Shown piece by piece: positions 33,049 to 42,304 of a stretch of DNA of 64,000 nucleotides. A program made the translations under genes and the position numbers. Under the pieces are notes generated by a model that worked only from the letters and a program-made list of their open reading frames with translations, ran no database searches and was not told where the DNA came from. Origin of the DNA: a bacterium (lineage in GTDB: Bacteria; UBA8248); NCBI GenBank assembly GCA_965204535.1, contig CBDBEV010000001.1:32001-96000 (forward strand), read 5' to 3'. The first letter of the stretch is position 1, and the number at the start of each line of letters is the position of its first letter.

Positions 33049-35601
33049 CTGAAAGACGCCATCACCAATCCAGCCGAGAGCGCTTCGCCGCCGCCTGCGC
33101 GGGCGACGATCGCCGTCATCGGCGCCGGCATCGTCGGGAATTGCCTGGTGGGACATCTGGCGGAGCTCGGGTGGGAGGACCTGGTGCTGATCGAAAAGGG
33201 GCCGCTGCCCAACCCCGGCGGTTCGACCGGCCACGCGTCGAACTTCATCTTCCCCACCGACCACGACCGCGAAATCACGCTGCTGACGCTGGAGAGCCAG
33301 CGCCAGTACGCCGCGCTCGGCGTCAACACCACGTGCGGCGGCATCGAAGTGGCGCGCACCGACGCGCGCATGGAAGAGTTGCGCCGGCGGATGACCTCGG
33401 CGCTTTGCCGGGGCATCGAGGCTGAGCTGCTCGATCCCGCCGGGGTGGTCGCCAGGGTGCCGTTCGTGAACGGCGACGTGATCCTGGGCGGCTTCTACAC
33501 GCCGAGCGTATCGGTGGTCGACCCGGTCCGGGCGGGCGCCATCATGCGTGAGCGGGCGCAGGCCAAAGGAGCGCTGACCGTGCTGGAGGGCACCGAGGTC
33601 ACCGGGCTTGAGGTGTCGCGCCCGGCGTTCGGCCGCCCGCGGGTCCGGGCCGTGGCGACGACGCGCGGTGAGATAGAGGTGGAGCAGGTGGTGATCGCGT
33701 GCGGCGTCTGGAGCCCGCGGGTCGCCGCGCTCGCCGGAGCGACCATCCCGCTTACCCCGGCGGTGCACCAGATGGTCGACATGGGCTCGATCGACCTGCT
33801 GCAAAGGACGGGAAACGAGATCGACTATCCGATCGTCCGCGACATGGACACCTTCATGTACGAGCGGCAGAGCCACGAGGCGATGGAGATCGGCTCGTAC
33901 GCCCATCGCCCCATCCTGGTGCGGCCCGACGACATCCCATCCAATACCGAGGCGGAGCGGACGCCCACCGAGCTGCCCTTCACCGGCGATGACTTCGCTC
34001 CGCAGCTCGATCACGCCCGGGCGATCATGGGCGAGTTGCTCGCCGGTTCCGAGATGCAGTATTCGGTGAACGGACTGCTCTCCCTGACCCCGGACGCGCG
34101 GCAGGTGCTGGGCGAGACCGCCGAGGTGGAGAAGCTCTGGTCGGCGGCCGCCGTCTGGATCAAGGAGGGCCCCGGCACGGCGCGCCTGATCGCCGAGTGG
34201 ATCACCCACGGCTATCCGCGCCTGTGCGACCCGCACGGCTCGGACATCACGCGGTTCTACCCGCACGAGCGGACCGAGCAGCACATCCGGCAGCGCTGCC
34301 GCGAGCACTTCAACAAGACGTACGGAATCGTGCATCCGCGCGAGCAGTGGGAGTCCGAGCGCGGCATGCACCGGGCGCCGTTCCACGACCGCACCGCGGA
34401 CCTGGGCGCCGAATTCTTCGAAGCGCACGGCTGGGAGCGGCCCCAGTGGTACGCGTCGAACGAGGACCTCGTCGACCGCTACGGCGTTTCGGACCGCCCG
34501 CACGAATGGGACCGCCGCTGGTGGTCGCCGATCATCAACGCGGAGCATCTCCACATGCGGGAGAAAGCCGGCATCGTGGATTTGAGCGCCTTCCAGATCT
34601 TCGACGTCAAAGGACCCGGCGTCGTGCCCTATCTCGATCAGCTGACGGTCAACCCCTGCGACCGTCCGGTGGGTTCTTCGATCTACACCCCGCTGCTGAC
34701 GCCCGAGGGCGGGATCCGCGCCGACCTCACCATACAGAGGCTGGCGGACGACCGGTTCCGGGTCGTGACCGGCGTCTTCGACGGTGCGCGCGACGAGGTC
34801 TGGTTCCGCCGCCATCTGCCCGGGGACGGCTCGGTCCAGTTCGAGAACCTCTCCTCAGCACTGTGCACCATCGGGGTATGGGGGCCGGACGCCCGCGCGC
34901 TGCTCTCAGGGATTGCGGACGCCCCGCTGACGCAGGAAGCGTTTCCGTACGGGACGACCCGGGAGGTGATCATCGACGGCGTCCCGACGACGATGCTGCG
35001 CATTTCCTACGTGGGCGAGAGCGGATGGGAGATCTACACGCGGGCGTCGCACGGCGCCCGCCTGTGGGACGCGATCCGGGAGGCGGGCCGCGCCTTCGAC
35101 GCCCGGCCCGTCGGCATCGGCGTCTACGGCACGACAGGACGCCTGGAGAAGGGATACGCGCTCATGGGCGCCGATCTCACGGCGGAGTACTCGCCGGTGG
35201 AGGCGGGCCTGGCGCGGCCCCGCGTGAAGGCCGCGGAATTCATCGGGAAAGAAGCCTACCTCAAGGCGCGCGCCGAAGGTCCGGCGGCGAAGCTGTGTAC
35301 GCTGACGGTGGACGACCAGGCCGGCGAATCCGGGATGCTGCGTTTCCCCGCCGGCAGCAGCGAACCGATCCTGACGCTCGAGGGGGAGCGCCTCGTCGAC
35401 GCGCGCGGACGGGAGTCCTTCGTCACCTCGGCCGGCGCGGGACCCTCCCTCGGCCAATACCTCCTGCTCGCCTATCTGCCGATCGACCAGGCGGCGCCCG
35501 GCAACAGGCTGCAGGTGCAATACATGAACGAGCGCTTCCCGGTGAGCGTGGCTGCGCGCTCGGCGATGTTCGACCCCGAGAACGCCCGCATGAAGGCATA
35601 G
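33049..35601 (+). CDS. Dimethylglycine/sarcosine dehydrogenase-like FAD oxidoreductase-GcvT fusion (non-canonical start)
   Basis: In-frame IAVIGAGIVG lies upstream of ORF start 33148; GSTGHA, GWERP.WY, RISYVGESGWEIY and RLEKGY motifs. Confidence 0.9.
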   Translation: MKDAITNPAESASPPPARATIAVIGAGIVGNCLVGHLAELGWEDLVLIEKGPLPNPGGSTGHASNFIFPTDHDREITLLTLESQRQYAALGVNTTCGGIEVARTDARMEELRRRMTSALCRGIEAELLDPAGVVARVPFVNGDVILGGFYTPSVSVVDPVRAGAIMRERAQAKGALTVLEGTEVTGLEVSRPAFGRPRVRAVATTRGEIEVEQVVIACGVWSPRVAALAGATIPLTPAVHQMVDMGSIDLLQRTGNEIDYPIVRDMDTFMYERQSHEAMEIGSYAHRPILVRPDDIPSNTEAERTPTELPFTGDDFAPQLDHARAIMGELLAGSEMQYSVNGLLSLTPDARQVLGETAEVEKLWSAAAVWIKEGPGTARLIAEWITHGYPRLCDPHGSDITRFYPHERTEQHIRQRCREHFNKTYGIVHPREQWESERGMHRAPFHDRTADLGAEFFEAHGWERPQWYASNEDLVDRYGVSDRPHEWDRRWWSPIINAEHLHMREKAGIVDLSAFQIFDVKGPGVVPYLDQLTVNPCDRPVGSSIYTPLLTPEGGIRADLTIQRLADDRFRVVTGVFDGARDEVWFRRHLPGDGSVQFENLSSALCTIGVWGPDARALLSGIADAPLTQEAFPYGTTREVIIDGVPTTMLRISYVGESGWEIYTRASHGARLWDAIREAGRAFDARPVGIGVYGTTGRLEKGYALMGADLTAEYSPVEAGLARPRVKAAEFIGKEAYLKARAEGPAAKLCTLTVDDQAGESGMLRFPAGSSEPILTLEGERLVDARGRESFVTSAGAGPSLGQYLLLAYLPIDQAAPGNRLQVQYMNERFPVSVAARSAMFDPENARMKA

Positions 35602-35654
35602 CCGGACGAGGTACCGGACGGCTTGGCCGCCGAAGAGAGTGAAGAGAAGCACAT

Positions 35655-35906
35655 CCCTTTGAGGGCCAAACCCGATTGGTGAATGAGGGTTTGACGCAAC
35701 CGGAGAGGAGCGGTTTTTGTAGGTCGGACATATATGTCCGACATATATGCGACCCTGATTTTTTCACCACTAGAAGGGCCGCATGTATGCGGCCCCTGCA
35801 CTCCTTTTGGCCAGGCGGAATGACGGCTAAAACCGTGTTCGCTGTAGGGACAGGCCCCCGTGCCTGTCCTATGTGGGACAACCACAGGGGGTTGTCCCTA
35901 CGGACC
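35655..35906. repeat. Composite repeat cluster (CAAACCC...GGGTTTGA element plus REP doublets)
   Basis: 35661-35694 recurs at 55895-55928, GTAGGTCGGACATATATGTCCGAC recurs near 55966, and 35835-35906 repeats 31066-31137. Confidence 0.9.
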
Positions 35907-37241
35907 TGCCTCCCCCGCCGCCTGCTCGAACACCACCACCGGATCGAAGTCCGCGATATCCACCCGGGGCAATGAAACGCCCGCGTAGGCGCCCGCCGTG
36001 TGGAACTTCTCGAGCAGTTCCGCGTCGCTCAGCGGCCTTTCCGGCATCCCGTAAGCCACCCCGCAGAACCCGGCCGCGGACCGTCCGTCGCCGAGCGTCA
36101 GCGTGAGGCGGATGCACTCGGGGTATTTCGCGCGCATGGCGTCGGTGGAAAGGTCTGGGGCGCGCTTCACACTCACCCGCGCCATGAGGGAGGACTTCTC
36201 GGGGTTGACAGCGCCGGGTACCAGGTCTTCGAAGCGCACCCGGCCGTGAATCGCGGCGCAGGCCAGGGCGTAAGGCAGGCTGAACTGCATCTCCTGCGGC
36301 GTGGCCGGATTCGGGAAGACGAGGCTCTCGTAGACGAGCTTCGGCACTTCGGCATGAACCCCTGCGATCTCGTTCACGCTTGCGCCGAGTTCGGCCATGA
36401 GTTCGTTCATCTGCTCGATGGCCGCCAGCGCCGCCGAACATACCGGACTGGTCTTGAACAAAAGGCCCGGCTCGCACAGGCGCCAGCGCCTGCCGATGGT
36501 TTCGAGTTCGGCTTCTACGGCAACACCCCGGTTCAGCAGCTTCAGGAAACCCCGGCTATCCTCGAACGCGGCCTCCGGCCCGGTAAGCCCGGCCTGCGCC
36601 GCCCGGGCGAACGTGACGGCCCGCCGCGCGGCCTCGCCGACCAGGAGGGGCTTGGCGTCCGTGCCGAGCACCGCCTTCCCGCCGCCTGAGGCGGCTGCGG
36701 CCAGGCCGATCGCACTCGTCATCGCGTCCTCGTCCAGCCCCAGCAGGCATCCTGCGGCAACTGTCGCGCCCGTGAGCCCGAAAGTGGCCGTGCTCCACCA
36801 GCCGTCGAAATAGTGCGCGTGCGTGCAAATGTCGGCGAGGGCGTACGCCACTTCGGAACCCGCGATGAAGGCGCGGCGAAGCGCGTCGGCGCCGGAATCC
36901 AGTTCCTGCGCCAGAGCCATGGCGGCGGGCAGCACCACCGCCGAGCCGTGCATGATGCCCGTGTAGGACGTATCGTCGAAGTCCCAGACGTGCGCCGCCG
37001 TTCCGTTGACGAGCGCTGCGGCTTCGGCGTCCGTCCGCCCGCCGGTCGCGAGCGTCGCCTTCCCCTCCCCGCGCAAAGTGGCCTGAGCCAGAGCGCGCAC
37101 CGATGGATGGGCGCCCCCCGCAAGCATGACGCCCAGGGTATCGAGCATGGCCCTGTCCGCAACTTTATTGCCGTCCGAGTCGATGCATTCCAGACCGCAG
37201 GCGAACGCCGCGAATTGTCTGGCGATTGTCTGTGTACTCAT
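35898..37241 (-). CDS. MmgE/PrpD family protein
   Basis: NGTAAH..DFDD, HGS, GWWST, FK..P.C and QFSLPY motifs. Confidence 0.92.
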   Translation of the reverse strand: MSTQTIARQFAAFACGLECIDSDGNKVADRAMLDTLGVMLAGGAHPSVRALAQATLRGEGKATLATGGRTDAEAAALVNGTAAHVWDFDDTSYTGIMHGSAVVLPAAMALAQELDSGADALRRAFIAGSEVAYALADICTHAHYFDGWWSTATFGLTGATVAAGCLLGLDEDAMTSAIGLAAAASGGGKAVLGTDAKPLLVGEAARRAVTFARAAQAGLTGPEAAFEDSRGFLKLLNRGVAVEAELETIGRRWRLCEPGLLFKTSPVCSAALAAIEQMNELMAELGASVNEIAGVHAEVPKLVYESLVFPNPATPQEMQFSLPYALACAAIHGRVRFEDLVPGAVNPEKSSLMARVSVKRAPDLSTDAMRAKYPECIRLTLTLGDGRSAAGFCGVAYGMPERPLSDAELLEKFHTAGAYAGVSLPRVDIADFDPVVVFEQAAGEAGP

Positions 37242-37290
37242 GTGGCGGCGGCGCTGTTCCGGGGCGGCGGCAGATGCCCCTTCAACCACC

Positions 37291-37713
37291 CTACGGAGCG
37301 GGTGGCGCGGACGTGCGGCGGATGAGTTCCCTGAGCGACTCGCTCTGGACCTTGATCGCTGCCATGTTTTCCTGATGCCGGCGTTCGATTGCCTCCATGT
37401 TTTCCTGGTGTTGGCGATCCAGAGCCGCCATCGTTTCCCGGTGCTGGTCGTTTTGCGCTTCTTGCTGACCTTTCAGCGTCGCCATGGCTTCTTGATGCCG
37501 GCTGTCCAGCGCCTTCATGGTCTCTTGATGCTGCGCCATGTTTTCCCGGTGCTGGGCGTCGCGTTGCTTCGCGGCCTGGCGCATGATGTAGAGACCATAG
37601 GCGATCAGACTGCATTGCGCGGCCCCGACGATCGCGGCGACCCATACGGCGGCTTGTTGCGCCGCGAGAGCGGCTTCTTGCAAGGCGAGGCTTGCAGTTT
37701 CGTATTCCGTCAT
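37291..37713 (-). CDS. Small single-pass membrane protein with H-x-E-x-M coiled-coil repeats
   Basis: One hydrophobic helix, then six HxExM units; GGAGA RBS. Confidence 0.7.
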   Translation of the reverse strand: MTEYETASLALQEAALAAQQAAVWVAAIVGAAQCSLIAYGLYIMRQAAKQRDAQHRENMAQHQETMKALDSRHQEAMATLKGQQEAQNDQHRETMAALDRQHQENMEAIERRHQENMAAIKVQSESLRELIRRTSAPPAP

Positions 37714-37890
37714 TCTGTTCTCTCCATTATTTTCTCGTGGAGATAGCAAGCCAAGCCAGTTTCACCCAGGCCGCGAAAGATGTCAAAGCGAAGGTGCGTC
37801 GGCATTCCGCCCGTTCTGTTCACAGGAGAGTCATTCCGGGATGCAGACGCAACGAACCTGTGCAAGACGGTGAGGCGTGGTGATTTCCCC

Positions 37891-39207
37891 TTAATACTCG
37901 AACACTGTGGGGCCGTCCACTTTTTCGCAGAGCACGGCGACGGCGGCGCGGGCGGCGCCGAGACGCCACTCACGTTCGGCCTCGGGCGTCCGGGAAGGGT
38001 CGCCGAATGGATGGTGGAAGTGCCCCGCGCGGTTGTTGACGATGCGGTTGACCCCGATGTCGCGCGCCACGTCGGGCAGGCAGGTGACGATGACGGTGGG
38101 GATGCCCTCCCGCTCCAAGGCTCTCGCCAGCGCAGCCCCGCTGCGCGTGCCGGTGCCTCACGTGGCGGGGAGCACGACGCCCTCGACACCGCCTTTTTTG
38201 AGTTCAACCGCCCAGGCGCGGCCGATGCCGTCCATCTCGACGAAGGCGCCGCCGTTCCCGCAGGTGCTCAGGAAATCGTCGTGGAGTTCGGCGATCTCGC
38301 CCTCGTCCGCAAGACGCCGGAAAGCGTCCACGGCGAGCATGCGGTCGGGCTCCTCGTTCACGAACACGGTGTTGAAGCCCCCGTGGATCGAGATGAACGT
38401 GCCGCCCGGAAGTGCGTCTTTCCCCTCGAATGAGTACGTGGCCCAGTTCCCGTTCCTCGATCCGGAGAAGCGGTCCGGGTTGCCGGGGGGGACCATTCCG
38501 CCTTCCGAAACGATGGCGATGCGGGCTTTCTTGAGGTCGGCGACGGGCTTAGGCGGTGCTATCTCTTCAAGCGCGGGAACGTCGAGTTCGGTCCGGTAGG
38601 GTTCGCCCTTGATTTTCCTTAAAACCATGTCGACGGCGCGGCGCGAGGTCGGTAGTTCGGCGATTTCATTGTAGCGGACTCCCCGAGGGAGGTAGCCCTC
38701 CTCTGCGGCGCTCCCGATCTCCTCGACCCGGGCGAGCTTGAGGCCCAGCCGTGCGGCGGCTTCCAGGGCCTCTTCCATGCCGACGGCGGAATCTGCGGCG
38801 GGGACCGTGTGGACGCCGGTGCCGGCGGCGGGGAAGCCCGGATTCTCCGGGTGCATGGCGGTGACGACGGGAATTCCTGCTTCCTCCGCAGCGCGGCAGA
38901 CGGCGGCGCAGGCCAGCCCGTAGCGCCCGGCGTTGAAGGCGGGTCCTGCGATAAGGAGATCGGGCGCGTATTCCTTGATGAGCGAAAGCGCTTCTGCGGC
39001 GCATGTCTCCTCGTTTTCAGCGAAAAGGCCGTCCCCCGCGAAGACGGTGCCGACGACTTCGGCGTCCCCGCCCAGGATTTTATCCAGCAATACGCCGGGG
39101 CCGACGGGGCCGGGCTTGGCGAATACGGGATGATCGCTCATGTCCTCGCCCCCGACGCCTGCGAAGAACTGGTTCAAGTAGTGAACGACCCGAAGTTTAG
39201 CGCTCAT
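37891..39207 (-). CDS. grdB: Glycine/sarcosine/betaine reductase selenoprotein B (Sec UGA at 38158-38160)
   Basis: VVHYLNQFFAG.GGE, GPAFNAGRYG, ENPG and HGG motifs. The frame continues through TGA as LPAT-U-GTGTRSG...LEREGIP to 37891, with a hairpin 11 nt after the UGA. Confidence 0.92.
38130..38146 (-). promoter_or_regulatory. Candidate SECIS hairpin of grdB
   Basis: mRNA GCGCAGC-GGG-GCTGCGC begins 11 nt 3' of the in-frame UGA. Confidence 0.65.
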
Positions 39208-39447
39208 GCCTGACCTCCTTGCAACTATTCATTCAGACAAAAATATTTGGGAATTATAAACTATTTTACTCAAATCACCTTGTCTTTCGAAATTTCGAGA
39301 TAACACCACTACCTCACTATTTCTTTGGTGAGTCTTGAGTGATGGAGCAAACAACAATTTTTATTGTTTAAGGGATAGGGGTAGTTATTTCTATTTCGAT
39401 TGAACTGCCTCGGCGATTCTTTTCTTAGTTCATTTTCTTTTCCAATT

Positions 39448-39927
39448 TCAAGATTTCGTCTCTCCTGAACTTGGGAAATTAAGTCTCCCTTGTTCTGAAG
39501 GTTGTGGCTCTCTTATAAGAAGAAGTGGCGTTCCAACAGTGCCGCTCTTTCCAATTAGATCTTCGTCAAAGGTTTCAAGCGCATCTACCGTGAGATTAAT
39601 AGCTGTCGCCACATGAATGGCATCTTTTGGTTTGATGGAATGGTCCCAAACAAGATCTTGTGCCGATTCAGCAATTTTTCTCGTAACGTTGTAAACACGT
39701 ATGTAACTACGTCGGAAGAATTTTTGAACTATCTCAGCCTTGTCTTTCGTGATCCGTGGAGCACCACGCATCCACAAGACTTCTGCAATCGTAAGAGTCG
39801 ATGTGACTATAACCACGTCTCCTCTGTCTGCCCTTTGCAATACTCCGTCGCATTTCTCGACTTTCCCTTCCTCGTTTTGAAAGTGGCCAAGAAAACAATC
39901 ACTGTCCCAATAAATCTTTTCCACCAT
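39448..39927 (-). CDS. PIN-domain (VapC-like) protein, low GC
   Basis: IYWDSDCF, TIAEV, DAIHVATA and TFD motifs. Confidence 0.88.
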   Translation of the reverse strand: MVEKIYWDSDCFLGHFQNEEGKVEKCDGVLQRADRGDVVIVTSTLTIAEVLWMRGAPRITKDKAEIVQKFFRRSYIRVYNVTRKIAESAQDLVWDHSIKPKDAIHVATAINLTVDALETFDEDLIGKSGTVGTPLLLIREPQPSEQGRLNFPSSGETKS

Positions 39928-39929
39928 AA

Positions 39930-40673
39930 TTATGTGCCTGCCATAATCCCGCGCACATCATCCGCTGTAGGCAATTCATCGTCTTCCGGCAATTCCTGGA
40001 TCACTTCGACTTCAATACTTATTGGAGTGCCGTTACGACGATAGTGAATACGCCCCTCGATCTCGACGCGACGCCGGAAGTTGTCAAGCACCTTGTTAAT
40101 CAAACTCTCTGGTACAACACAATTAATTGCACGCGGATAGAGGAAGTCTCTGACTCTGATCTTTAATCCCCCGGCCGCGTCCAAAATGGCCTCCAACCTG
40201 CCTTCAACTGTACCAAAGTCGTAATAATCGCTTCTCCAATCCTCTCGAATAACTTTCGCGATTCCAGAGCTTATGTTTATCGGTTTCTTCTCAACCCAAA
40301 GATTTACGCCCTTGCCATTCTGATGCTTTACAACCAAGTTAGATAGATTTTTCAAGTGGTCTATAGCCTTTTCAGATAGTCCCGCATCTTCAACGTTACC
40401 GTTTGCTAGTGCTATTGGTCCATGTTTTGCCTTCTTGTAGATCATAGCCAACCTAGATTTTGGCGCAGATGGGTCTGGTTCTACTCCAACTAATGCACTG
40501 CCTTCGTGAACGCGAACAACCCATGTAATGTCGGCTCCATCGCCTTTTTGCGCATCGGTAATCTCGGCGACATAACCCAAGAAATTACGAATAGCCAACA
40601 TAAAATCGTTGGGGGACAAGTCGTCTCCCAAGTCAATGGTCAGATCAGTGGGAATTTGATCCGGCGTAGCCAT
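39930..40673 (-). CDS. Hypothetical protein coupled to PIN gene, low GC
   Basis: 247-aa ORF ending 2 nt before the PIN start; beta-rich C-terminus (GTVEGRLEAI...VEIEGRI.Y); AGAGGA RBS. Confidence 0.75.
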   Translation of the reverse strand: MATPDQIPTDLTIDLGDDLSPNDFMLAIRNFLGYVAEITDAQKGDGADITWVVRVHEGSALVGVEPDPSAPKSRLAMIYKKAKHGPIALANGNVEDAGLSEKAIDHLKNLSNLVVKHQNGKGVNLWVEKKPINISSGIAKVIREDWRSDYYDFGTVEGRLEAILDAAGGLKIRVRDFLYPRAINCVVPESLINKVLDNFRRRVEIEGRIHYRRNGTPISIEVEVIQELPEDDELPTADDVRGIMAGT

Positions 40674-41011
40674 ATTGTTTAGTCCTCTTTATATAATTCT
40701 ACGCCAAACAAAAACTTTTTTTAGTTTCAGCCAGATTAAGCTATGAAATCAAGTCAATGTTGCGGAGCCGCTTGCAGTCAAATCCCTTAGCCAGCGATTC
40801 CACCTACGTAATTTTCTCCATAGGCCTACAATAATAGCTGCCTGAAAATTCCAGTTGCTTTTAACATACAGGATATGAGTATTATTAATTTTCGTCTTTT
40901 TTACACCACCTGTGATTGCCTTGTCAACAACTCCCGGCTTTCCATCTTCTCTTGCACGTAGTTCTTGATATTCTTTTGTGTGGCGAACACCTGGTTGAGC
41001 GACTCCCGCCC

Positions 41012-42295
41012 TCAATAATCCTTGCCCACCATGTTGTTGATGTCTTTCGCCCACTCGTTGGCGTAGTAGTCGCTGTCGATCAGGGTGAAGGCCTCGCGGG
41101 TGTTGACGCGCTTGCCGTTGTAGAATTCGACGACTTCCGAGCCGATGACCCGCTCCACCGCCGGGGCGTCGATGCGCTCCCCCTGCATGCCCTTGGAGAT
41201 GACGGCGTCGGCTTCGGGCACATGAAAGACGAGCGGGAACTCGCCCGAGCCCGGCCGGCCCACCTCGTAGATGATCGGAACGGCGCGCACGCCCATCTGC
41301 TCAAGCGCCTGGACGGTGAGCCAGTAGTCCACCGTGGAGTTGCCGCCGCCCTCGAAGGCGAGGACCGCGCCGTCGGCCTTGAGGAGGTTGGCGAGCTTGG
41401 CGACGTATTGCGCCGAGCGTTCCTTGAGCGCCTGGTTGTCATGGTGGCCGCGCGTGATGATCACCCCTGCGAAATTGAGATCCGCCCCGTGGCGGCGGTA
41501 GAGCTCGTAGATGAGCGGCATATTGCAGTGCAGGTAGGTCGGCGCCTTCTGCTGCGTCTTGTAGTTCGCCCCCACCACCGCGCCGTCGAGCATCTCGTTG
41601 GGGTGAATGAGCGTGGGGAGCGAATCCCCCAGGTTCCTGCCGTACATGAACGTCTGCACCATGGACGCCTGATGCATGACCTGATCGACGAAGACGACGC
41701 GGGGAAGTTCGGGGTCTACATCGCTGATCTCGAAGGTTTCCACGCGAACGGGTTCCATATCCTTCGTTCGCTCCGCCAGCCGGGACGCGATTTTAAGCGT
41801 CGCCAGTCGAACGGCGTCGTCGTGCGCTTCGTTCGATGCGCTCTCCAAAGGCTCGTAGCAGGCGACGATGTTCGCGGTCTCTGAATTCGTGCAGTGGGTC
41901 GCACCCGGGCCGGACATGTCGATGATCCCTTCCCGGAAAGTCATGATGCCCGTCATGGGACCCAGGAAATACGTGGAGCTGATGACGCACATCCCGGCGA
42001 GCTTGTGGGTGCGGCCCTCTCCTGCTGTCTTCGCCGGGCCGAGAAATCCCGGAAATGCGCATGAGCGCCCGTTTACCTTGTAGATAGGCTCGACCGCATC
42101 GAGGACATTGGTGATGCGGGCAGAATCGCCCGGCACCGCGGCGTGAAAGCTCACGTCCTTGAGACCGCCGTCTTCGAGCGCCAGTTCACGGAGTTCATCG
42201 GCATCCACGGTGAGCGTTTCGTCTTTGTACGCGAATCGCTTACCGATGATGATTCTGGAAACGGGAAATATACCCACTTCGAGTCGCATGGACAT
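41012..42295 (-). CDS. grdE: Reductase component B substrate-binding subunit (GrdE/GrdG/GrdI family)
   Basis: PG..RI..V.D..EP..K, GEGRTH.L.G, EGIIDMSGPGA, PTLIHPNE.LDGA and EGGGN...D motifs. Confidence 0.88.
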   Translation of the reverse strand: MSMRLEVGIFPVSRIIIGKRFAYKDETLTVDADELRELALEDGGLKDVSFHAAVPGDSARITNVLDAVEPIYKVNGRSCAFPGFLGPAKTAGEGRTHKLAGMCVISSTYFLGPMTGIMTFREGIIDMSGPGATHCTNSETANIVACYEPLESASNEAHDDAVRLATLKIASRLAERTKDMEPVRVETFEISDVDPELPRVVFVDQVMHQASMVQTFMYGRNLGDSLPTLIHPNEMLDGAVVGANYKTQQKAPTYLHCNMPLIYELYRRHGADLNFAGVIITRGHHDNQALKERSAQYVAKLANLLKADGAVLAFEGGGNSTVDYWLTVQALEQMGVRAVPIIYEVGRPGSGEFPLVFHVPEADAVISKGMQGERIDAPAVERVIGSEVVEFYNGKRVNTREAFTLIDSDYYANEWAKDINNMVGKDY

Positions 42296-42304
42296 CGTTG
42301 TCCC

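Noticed and set aside
33025-34815. Long antisense ORFs (e.g. 33025..34815, 31205..32608, 47418..49124, 48683..50377, 60156..61268)
   Set aside because: These are shadow frames of GC-rich genes with no recognisable motifs; the opposite strand carries clear family signatures.
37891-38118. 75-aa ORF (and 42305..42616) as separate genes or pseudogene fragments
   Set aside because: They are the in-frame continuations of grdB and grdA after selenocysteine UGA codons.
40749-41054. 101-aa ORF at the edge of the low-GC insert
   Set aside because: It spans the GC junction, overlaps the grdE end and has no motif; at most a gene remnant.
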